Shown here: positions 1 to 6,029 of the stretch, piece by piece
Numbering within the stretch: position 1 is the first letter of the stretch
Layout: every line of letters begins with the position of its first letter
From: a virus
Lineage: Duplodnaviria; Caudoviricetes
Virus record (IMG/VR): IMGVR_UViG_3300046811_000086
Location: 1 to 31,079 of that record
Length of the DNA: 31,079 bases
Strand: one strand, 5' to 3'
The notes under the pieces: model-generated
Told to the model about the DNA's origin: nothing
Database searches by the model: none
What the model saw: only the letters and a program-made list of their open reading frames with translations
Program-made: the position numbers and the translations under genes

Positions 1-842
1 AACGCGATATCGTCGTCGGCGCCGAACGCCGCGGCGTCCGCCGGCACGCGCGTCTGGAAAATCTCCGCGAACGGAATCGGGGCATCGGTGCGCAGGCGGA
101 TCAACGACCGCGCCGTCTCGAAGCGCGAGGGCTCACCCGAGAAAAAGTCGATCAACGATTTCCCGATGGCCGGCGTGAGCGACGCCTCGCCGCATTCAAT
201 CGCCGCCCACAGATCCTCAAGCGTGCCGTAGGTTCCGAGCAACTTCGCCGCGGTCACGGCGCCAATCCGATCCGCGCCCTGGACGTTGTCGCTTTTGTCG
301 CCGACGAGGGTTAAAAAATCGCAGAACTGAGTCGGGTGGACCCCGAACTTTTCGACCACTGCCGCCGCGTCATAGGTGCGTTCGGTGGCGGTGCCGAGCG
401 CCGGCCGAAAGACGTGCACGCGGTCGCAGACGAGCTGTAGTAAATCTTTGTCGGCCGAGATGATCAGCACGTCGGCGCCGTCGCTGTCGGGCGGCTGCGC
501 GGCGGCGACCGCCGTCGCGATCAAGTCGTCCGCTTCAAAACCGCGCGCCGCCCAGATCGGAAACCCGTCACCGCGCAGGATGTCGATCGCGACGTTGCCC
601 TGGTGATACAAGGCCGCATCGCGTTCGGCGGGTCGGTTCGCTTTGTAGTCCGTGCTGATCTCCGCGCGAAACGATTTGCCGCTATCACAACAAATCGCGA
701 CATGCGGATGGGCGCTCGCGAGCGCGCGAATTTTCGCGACGACCTGCGTGCTCGTGGCATTCGGGTCGGAGTCCGTGCTCGCGAGCGCCCACGTCGGATG
801 CAGGATCGAACTGAAATCAAGCAACACCAAGCGATCACTCAT
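1..842 (-). CDS. 5'-3' exonuclease (PolA N-terminal / FEN-like); 3' end runs off the window
   Basis: Manually translated from ATG at 842 (absent from the ORF track because no stop lies in the window): MSDRLVLLDFSSILHP...DYKANRP...GFEADDLIAT...IISADKDLLQLV...LVGDKSDNVQGADRIGAVTAAKLL. Contains the YKANR, EADD, DKD and GDxSDN-H3TH motifs. Confidence 0.92.
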   Translation of the reverse strand, partial: MSDRLVLLDFSSILHPTWALASTDSDPNATSTQVVAKIRALASAHPHVAICCDSGKSFRAEISTDYKANRPAERDAALYHQGNVAIDILRGDGFPIWAARGFEADDLIATAVAAAQPPDSDGADVLIISADKDLLQLVCDRVHVFRPALGTATERTYDAAAVVEKFGVHPTQFCDFLTLVGDKSDNVQGADRIGAVTAAKLLGTYGTLEDLWAAIECGEASLTPAIGKSLIDFFSGEPSRFETARSLIRLRTDAPIPFAEIFQTRVPADAAAFGADDDIA

Positions 843-848
843 AGGTCA

Positions 849-1302
849 ATCCAATCGAGCCACACCTTGCCGTGCCCTTCCATAGCGAGCCTTACCTCGC
901 CTCGCCATGCCGCGCCCAACCCCGCCTCACCTACTCCATGCCCTACCAGTCCCGAGCCATCCCCGCCACATCCAGCCTTGCCGTGCCGAGCCATACCCAA
1001 CCTCACCCGACCAGACCGCGCCGCCGCCACACCGGGCCACACCCGACCACGCCCAACAACTCCACATCCGGCCTTACCCCGCCTGACCAAAACTCACCAC
1101 GCCACGCCGCGCCAGACCGCGCCCAACCGGACCGCACCCGACATCGGCCCGCCTCGCCATTCCAGGGCACGCCATGCCAAAGCTCGCCAAGGCCGTGCCA
1201 CGCCTGACCACTCAGCGCCCGTCCAGACCTCGCCCCACCCTCACCCCGCCCTGCCCCGCCGCACCTAGCCGAACCACGGCTAACCTTGCCGAACCAGACC
1301 TG
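849..1302 (-). repeat. Pentameric GGY-NN repeat array 1 (about 90 units), putative non-coding guide-RNA array downstream of the Cas7-like gene
   Basis: The plus strand parses as RCC-nn units, e.g. gcc ac acc tt gcc gt gcc ct. In-phase runs: 849-933, 935-954, 965-1024, 1026-1190 (33 units), 1192-1241 and 1243-1302, separated by 1-nt slips. The triplet is near-constant and the dinucleotide is variable. Strand is inferred from operon direction. Confidence 0.9.
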
Positions 1303-1306
1303 ATGA

Positions 1307-1954
1307 CTAATCCGGCACGACGATCTCGAACTGTTGAATCGCGAACCGTCCGTATGTCGGCCTGAAATCCGCCAGCCCGATCAACCGCCCCGCATTCACA
1401 AGCACATCCTGCAAGGCATCGGGTGGGATGTATTCCGGCAGATTCACCATCAACTGAATTTCCACGGACCATCCCGTGCGCATCGCGGGCCGGACGCGCG
1501 TCACACCGTTGCGCTGAATCATCACGCGCCGCCGATCTTCGTAATCCCAATCGCGGGCACCGAGCGAGGCCAGCGGCGTCAGGCACACAACGCCCGCCTT
1601 AAAGAGATCCATCGCGCTCTTCCTGGGTGACCGCGGATCCTGACGAAACTTCGCGGCATGGATCACCGCCTGCCGCAGATACTCACCAGGAAGCGCCAAT
1701 TCGCCGGCGTCGTCGCGATAGACGTAACTCTCGAGGTCATCGGACTTCTTCGCCTTCGATCCCTTCGCGGCCCGCGCCTTCGTCGCAACGCCTTCAACAT
1801 TCCAGCGATGGAAGAGGAGATCAGCGACGCCGACGATGCGCGCGGACGCCACATACGGGAGCGCATATTCGATGGCCGCCTTCCCGCCGTTCGTCGTCAT
1901 CGGACCAATCGCAATCACTTCGCTTCGTGCTACGCTGCTCGCAGTCGGTGTCAT
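1307..1954 (-). CDS. Solo Cas7/RAMP-like RNA-binding protein (Vipr-like), 215 aa
   Basis: RAMP hallmarks by eye: N-terminal strand RIVGVADLLFH, LALPGEYLRQAV (compare the Cas7/Csm3 YIPGSSLKGALR motif), RVRP..GWSVEIQL and a C-terminal Gly-rich loop AGRLIGLADFRPTYGRF. AGGAG RBS lies upstream of ATG 1954. Confidence 0.75.
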   Translation of the reverse strand: MTPTASSVARSEVIAIGPMTTNGGKAAIEYALPYVASARIVGVADLLFHRWNVEGVATKARAAKGSKAKKSDDLESYVYRDDAGELALPGEYLRQAVIHAAKFRQDPRSPRKSAMDLFKAGVVCLTPLASLGARDWDYEDRRRVMIQRNGVTRVRPAMRTGWSVEIQLMVNLPEYIPPDALQDVLVNAGRLIGLADFRPTYGRFAIQQFEIVVPD

Positions 1955-1981
1955 GTGCTCTCCTCATGTGATGCTGTTGAG

Positions 1982-2006
1982 AGGGTCGCGTGCTGAGCGC
2001 GGCCCT
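1982..2006. other. Stem-loop between array 2 and the Cas7-like gene RBS
   Basis: AGGGTCGCG (1982-1990) pairs with CGCGGCCCT (1998-2006): 9-bp stem with one G-T pair (C-A on the minus strand) and a 7-nt loop. Confidence 0.5.
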
Positions 2007-2013
2007 TTCCCCA

Positions 2014-2204
2014 ATCCAACCTCGCCGAACCAAACCAAACCCGACCTGTCCTAGCCTTACCCGACCTCACCCTGCCATACCGTGCCGCGCCTCGCCCCAC
2101 CGGACCCAAACCTCGCCCTACCACTACCACGCCATGCCTCGCATTGCCGCGCCATGCCCTCACCCGGCCAAACCCTGCCTCGCCCCGCCCGGCCTCGCCC
2201 CGCC
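2014..2204 (-). repeat. Pentameric GGY-NN repeat array 2 (about 38 units), putative guide RNA upstream of the Cas7-like gene
   Basis: Plus strand: atc ca acc tc gcc ga acc aa acc aa acc cg acc tg tcc ta gcc tt ... gcc tc gcc cc gcc. In-phase runs: 2014-2108 (19 units), 2110-2124, 2126-2160 and 2162-2204. Confidence 0.9.
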
Positions 2205-2232
2205 GCTGAGCTCTGAATCTCTGTCTACGTCC

Positions 2233-2460
2233 TCATGGCCGATCGAACTCCGGAATATCAATCGACCGATTGGCGTAGAGGTGATCGCTTAAAACGTGAA
2301 ACGTGATCACGGTCGCTGCCCGCGGATCCCCGCGGAGCAGGCCAGCCGCGAGCAGCTTGCTGATGACGTCACTGCTGATGAACTTGATCCGCTCGCCGCG
2401 TTCGCCGGCGCGGGCGTGGTCGTGCGCTTCCGCCTGGCGGGTTTCGTCTTCCTGCCTCAC
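2233..2460 (-). CDS. Hypothetical early protein, 75 aa
   Basis: GTG start overlaps the stop of 2457-2663 (GTGA coupling). Array 2 decodes in this ORF's codon frame to a similar peptide, which independently supports the frame. Confidence 0.65.
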   Translation of the reverse strand: MRQEDETRQAEAHDHARAGERGERIKFISSDVISKLLAAGLLRGDPRAATVITFHVLSDHLYANRSIDIPEFDRP

Positions 2461-2663
2461 GACGGCACCTCCGAGAACGTCAGGTCCGGATGGCGCTCGG
2501 CCAGGTGCTGCCGATAGAGCTCGCGGAGGAAGATGGCGATTTCAATCCCGTTGTCGCCGAAGTGGATCGCCGCCCAGTCGCAGTCCGGACAGCGAATCGA
2601 GGCCTGGACGGCGGCCCGTGGCGCGACGCCGGGAAACGTCAACAGGCCGGCGACCAGCTTCAT
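2457..2663 (-). CDS. Small putative Zn-binding protein (CxxC...HxxxxH), 68 aa
   Basis: CPDC and HLAERH motifs; start and stop overlap both neighbours (ATGA/GTGA). Confidence 0.6.
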   Translation of the reverse strand: MKLVAGLLTFPGVAPRAAVQASIRCPDCDWAAIHFGDNGIEIAIFLRELYRQHLAERHPDLTFSEVPS

Positions 2664-2893
2664 GGCTTCCCCCGCCCGACGAGGCGCAGGCGCTCGGCGA
2701 CCGGCTGGCCGGACTGGATGCGCGCGGCTTCGCGGCGCTTATCGTCGGCGGCGTCGCGCCGGCGCCCCGCGGCGGCCTGCATCGTCTCGTAGTCGGCGGG
2801 CGTCGCTTTCTGGTGCGTCTGCCGTGGCGTGCGAATCAGCCGGTCGATGAGGCCGTCGTGCTGCACCCAGCGGCGCCAGAACTGGAACGTCAT
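2660..2893 (-). CDS. Hypothetical protein, 77 aa (MTFQFWRRW...)
   Basis: 3' part of track ORF 2660..3274. ATG at 2893 overlaps the stop of the upstream Zn-ribbon gene (ATGA). Confidence 0.6.
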   Translation of the reverse strand: MTFQFWRRWVQHDGLIDRLIRTPRQTHQKATPADYETMQAAAGRRRDAADDKRREAARIQSGQPVAERLRLVGRGKP

Positions 2894-3018
2894 GGTTCGC
2901 GCACCTGCACGTCGGTGTTGCCGCAGCGCGGACACTCGGGACTGGCGGTGGGCGACACCGCCCACTTGTGGCCGCAGTCCAGACAGACGACCTTGACGCG
3001 CACGCGGACGCGCGTCAT
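2890..3018 (-). CDS. Small zinc-ribbon protein, 42 aa (not in the ORF track)
   Basis: Manual translation MTRVRVRVKVVCLDCGHKWAVSPTASPECPRCGNTDVQVREP*, with two CxxC pairs and ATGA coupling at both ends. Confidence 0.7.
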   Translation of the reverse strand: MTRVRVRVKVVCLDCGHKWAVSPTASPECPRCGNTDVQVREP

Positions 3019-3296
3019 GCCTGCCGCCGCGTCGTGGCTTTCCGGCCGAAGACCGGCTCCTCGATCCGCTCACCCTGCAAGTAGCGGTAGACGAGCGTCC
3101 CGGAGAAACAGTGTTTGCCGATGGGATGCTGGACCTTGAAGCGATCGAATTCGCCCGTGGCTTGCCCCCGCGCAAAGCGGGAATTGCCGAACTGGAAGAG
3201 CGCGCCCATGTCGGCCGGGCCCAGCAGGAGCCCCGCCTTGGCCCGCGCGAGCGCGGCCTGCTGCGCCTCGTCATCCAGCCGCCAAGTGGTCTTCAC
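3015..3296 (-). CDS. Hypothetical protein, possibly excisionase/AlpA-like DNA-binding protein, 93 aa
   Basis: Directly downstream of the cro-like gene with GTGA coupling. The layout loosely resembles a MerR-like winged helix; function is inferred mainly from position. Confidence 0.5.
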   Translation of the reverse strand: MKTTWRLDDEAQQAALARAKAGLLLGPADMGALFQFGNSRFARGQATGEFDRFKVQHPIGKHCFSGTLVYRYLQGERIEEPVFGRKATTRRQA

Positions 3297-3532
3297 GCCG
3301 ACCTCTTCGCCGCTTCGGCCACGAGGCGACTGGGCTTCGATTCGAAGTCGACCGGCATCAGTTCTTCCGGCTCGAGATTCAACGCCCGCGCCAAGCGCAC
3401 GACGCTCTCATAGGACGCCGTTTGCCGTTCTCCGCGCTCTAGGCGCGAAATCAGCGTGACGTCGACGCCAGATTTCGTCGCGAGTTGTGTCTGCGTCAGA
3501 CCCGCGATCCGCCGGTATTTTTTGAGTTCCAT
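3293..3532 (-). CDS. Cro-like XRE helix-turn-helix regulator, 79 aa
   Basis: LKKYRRIAGLTQTQLATKSGVDVTLISRLERGER is a typical HTH_3 pattern; divergent from the repressor. Confidence 0.9.
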   Translation of the reverse strand: MELKKYRRIAGLTQTQLATKSGVDVTLISRLERGERQTASYESVVRLARALNLEPEELMPVDFESKPSRLVAEAAKRSA

Positions 3533-3637
3533 AGTTGCGCTTCTAGCTTAACTATTGAGCGCAACTCTAGCGCTGCTATTTGCGTTTTGTCAATACCTCA
3601 TGTATCGTCAGGCGCGTATCAAGCGTAAGTAGTTGCG
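3533..3637. promoter_or_regulatory. Lysis/lysogeny switch region: leftward sigma70-type promoter and operator-like repeats
   Basis: Minus strand TTGACA (3593-3588), 18 bp spacer, TAGAGT (3569-3564). A 9-bp inverted repeat AGTTGCGCT (3533-3541) / AGCGCAACT (3558-3566) overlaps the -10. TAGTTGCG recurs at 3630-3637. The region is locally AT-rich. Confidence 0.7.
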
Positions 3638-3689
3638 TATGCTAAGACTTGCTGTTGCATCCGAGGCTGCCGATCTGAAATATAGCGGT

Positions 3690-4151
3690 ATGGATCCCGC
3701 TGTGATTGGCGCCCGACTGCGGGCGTTGCGTCAAAAACTCAAGTTGACGCAAGCGGCGCTTGGCAAACTCGCAGGCGTCGCGCCGAATACGATCCGCGGC
3801 CTCGAGACGGCGTCGATGGAGACCCGTCGCGAAAAGTATCTGCAGATCGTCGCAGCCCTGGGCACCACGCCCGCGATGGTGGAACGCGCCGACGAACCGA
3901 TCAGTCCTGACGATCCGCGCCTAGAGGGGTTACCGGACGAGGCCTTGGAAATCGCGCAGGCCTACACCAGGGCGCCCACCCGCATGCGACTCCGCGTCGA
4001 ACGCTTGCTGCTGATGCAAGAGAGCGATGCCGGCGTGGCATTACTCGACCGCATCGAGCAGCTCACTGCGCACCGCCAAGAAACGCTGTTGCAGTTCTTA
4101 GCCCAGCACGAAGCAGCCCAGCGCACCGAAGAGGGGAAAAAGCGTCGATAG
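3690..4151 (+). CDS. CI-like XRE repressor (start ATG 3690 preferred; track start 3633)
   Basis: IGARLRALRQKLKLTQAALGKLAGVAPNTIRGLET is an HTH_3. The C-terminus is helical and shows no S24 peptidase motif. Confidence 0.85.
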   Translation: MDPAVIGARLRALRQKLKLTQAALGKLAGVAPNTIRGLETASMETRREKYLQIVAALGTTPAMVERADEPISPDDPRLEGLPDEALEIAQAYTRAPTRMRLRVERLLLMQESDAGVALLDRIEQLTAHRQETLLQFLAQHEAAQRTEEGKKRR

Positions 4152-4192
4152 GATCATCTGTGAATCCACGGTCATCAAACGCGGAGGTTGGC

Positions 4193-4546
4193 ATGCTGAA
4201 GAGTCACGTCGTTGAGTTCCACCGCTTGGCCACAATTCCTGCGCCCAAGCCAGCCAAAGCGATGCTCCGTGCCGATGTGCAGATCAGCGTGCAGCGGTCG
4301 ATCGACAAACTTCCCGTGCTCGGGGAGCGCAATCCAGACGCGGCGCTCTTAATTGAGCGCAGCATTGACGATTTCATGCCCCAGCCCGACGACAATGGCG
4401 GCCAGGGCCAGCCCGTGAACGCCGTCATCGAGATCGAATGTATTCGCCGCATTCAAGCCGACTTGCAGCGCGTGGCCGATGAGCAGTATCGCTGCCTCGT
4501 CGCCATGCTCCGGGATATGTCTGGCGATCTGTCGGCGGCGTCGTAA
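4193..4546 (+). CDS. Hypothetical protein in the repressor-integrase operon
   Basis: GGAGG RBS at 4183-4187 precedes ATG 4193 (track start 4160). Confidence 0.6.
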   Translation: MLKSHVVEFHRLATIPAPKPAKAMLRADVQISVQRSIDKLPVLGERNPDAALLIERSIDDFMPQPDDNGGQGQPVNAVIEIECIRRIQADLQRVADEQYRCLVAMLRDMSGDLSAAS

Positions 4547-4551
4547 TCACC

Positions 4552-4806
4552 GTGCGATCCCTTGACCACGAGGCGGCGCAGGCCTGCGCCCAGCGGCTCA
4601 TTACGCTCGTTGAGCTCTTACTCCGCACCAGGCCGATGGTGGTGCTTGAGATTGAACGCACGGTGCAGCGGATCGTCACGAACGACGTGCGCCAGCAAAT
4701 CGCAGAACGGTTGCAACGCTTCAGCGCGGACGACGTGCGGATCGTGGAAGCCGTGACGGCCCATCTCGATGAACGGCAGGCGGCTCTGAACCCAGAGGAC
4801 CCATGA
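4552..4806 (+). CDS. Hypothetical protein, 84 aa
   Basis: Stop overlaps the integrase ATG (ATGA); shares a motif with 4193-4546. Confidence 0.6.
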   Translation: MRSLDHEAAQACAQRLITLVELLLRTRPMVVLEIERTVQRIVTNDVRQQIAERLQRFSADDVRIVEAVTAHLDERQAALNPEDP

Positions 4807-6029
4807 AACAGAAGCGCACCCGCATCGCCCCGAACATCTACCGCTATTCCGACGGCCGCTATGAAGTGCTCGTGATGGCGGCGGGCCGCGTGGCGCCGCC
4901 GACGCGGTTCCCCGCTGACACCCCACTGAAGCAGATCCGACAGTGGGTGGACGCAGCCCGACAACGGCTGACACGAGAGGCGCGCGACCTGCACCGCGCC
5001 GATTTCGATCGCGATCAAGCGCCCACCCGCACGGGCACCCTCCGCACGACAGCGCCCGATTACTTCGCACAGATCGCTGGGCGCCCGAGCACGGCGGCCG
5101 ATACCTCACACATGCGCGCGTGGTTTGAGGTCCGCGTTGATGGCGTGCTGCTCGGGGATCTCCCGCTCGCCGCGTGGACGACGGGCCATGTGAACAAAGC
5201 GATCGGGCAATGGCAGACCGCACCGTCACCGCACGCCATCCGCCGCGTGCGCATCACCCGCTACGCGCGGAAGGGCCAAGCGATCGAGCACCACGAGCGC
5301 CGCGCGCCGGCGACGAGTGGCCGCATCGTCTCGGCGCTGACCATTCGGCATCGCTGCCGCGTTTTACAGGACTTCTTTCGAACCACGGACGGGAAGAACG
5401 CTGCGACGCCGGTCGATGACGCTAAGGTGCCGGCACGCCACCAGAATCCCCCGCCCACGGTGCCGGTCGAGCTCGTGCGGGACGTGCTCGAGCGCTTAAA
5501 CACGATCGATCCGCAGACGTTCGCGCGCTTCTACGTCGCCGCGACCACTGGGCAGCGGCCCGTGCAGGTCGGCCGCGCCCAGCCGGATGATCTGCGCTTC
5601 GACGGCCGGCGCGGCGTCTGGCTGGTGCGCAATGCGAAAGGCGAACCCGCCCACTCCATCGTCTTGAACCCGTCGCAGTTGGCCGCCTGGGAAGCGTTCA
5701 TCGCCGCCGATGCCTGGGGCGTGTTCGACACCACGCACTACGGGAACGTGATCCACCGGGCGGGCTGGCCCCACGGCATCCGCCCCTATGCGGTGCGACA
5801 TTCGATCGCCCGTGCCGCCTTGCAGCGCGGCGCGGGTCTCGGCGACGTCCAAGCGTTACTCGGGCACCGGGATCCGAACACCACGCGCGCGACCTACGCG
5901 CCGTTCCAAGTCGAAGAGCAACAGAGCATCAGCGATCGACTCGGGTCGTATCTCGCGGACGTGCTCAAGCCGCGCCTCGTCCGGTCGCCGGGGGCAAAAA
6001 CGAGGGGCAAAAAGGAGATCGGGGAATAG
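4803..6029 (+). CDS. int: Tyrosine recombinase / phage integrase, 408 aa
   Basis: Catalytic motifs TTGQR (R), RNAKG (K), YAVRH (HxxR with H replaced by Y) and LLGHRDPNTTRATY (H...Y); adjacent to a tRNA-derived att core. Confidence 0.9.
   Translation: MKQKRTRIAPNIYRYSDGRYEVLVMAAGRVAPPTRFPADTPLKQIRQWVDAARQRLTREARDLHRADFDRDQAPTRTGTLRTTAPDYFAQIAGRPSTAADTSHMRAWFEVRVDGVLLGDLPLAAWTTGHVNKAIGQWQTAPSPHAIRRVRITRYARKGQAIEHHERRAPATSGRIVSALTIRHRCRVLQDFFRTTDGKNAATPVDDAKVPARHQNPPPTVPVELVRDVLERLNTIDPQTFARFYVAATTGQRPVQVGRAQPDDLRFDGRRGVWLVRNAKGEPAHSIVLNPSQLAAWEAFIAADAWGVFDTTHYGNVIHRAGWPHGIRPYAVRHSIARAALQRGAGLGDVQALLGHRDPNTTRATYAPFQVEEQQSISDRLGSYLADVLKPRLVRSPGAKTRGKKEIGE

Noticed and set aside
603-1365. Track ORFs across array 1 (603..1268, 839..1090, 872..1207, 1174..1365)
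   Set aside because: Their Pro/Arg/His- or Gly/Arg-rich translations are by-products of the stop-poor pentamer repeat. A 5-nt period with 1-nt slips does not fit codon structure.
1625-1636. Plus-orientation decode of array 2 gives PRSP (present in the Cas7-like protein) and TISLA (present in ORF 29619-29852)
   Set aside because: Only 4-5 residues each. The same units are better explained in the opposite orientation by ORF 2233-2460.
849-2204. Canonical CRISPR array or simple microsatellite
   Set aside because: There are no 23-47 bp direct repeats with spacers. The dinucleotides are too diverse for slippage-generated satellite DNA and carry codon-like information.
1951-2292. Track ORFs across array 2 (1951..2163, 1990..2292)
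   Set aside because: Same repeat artefact; no protein-like composition.
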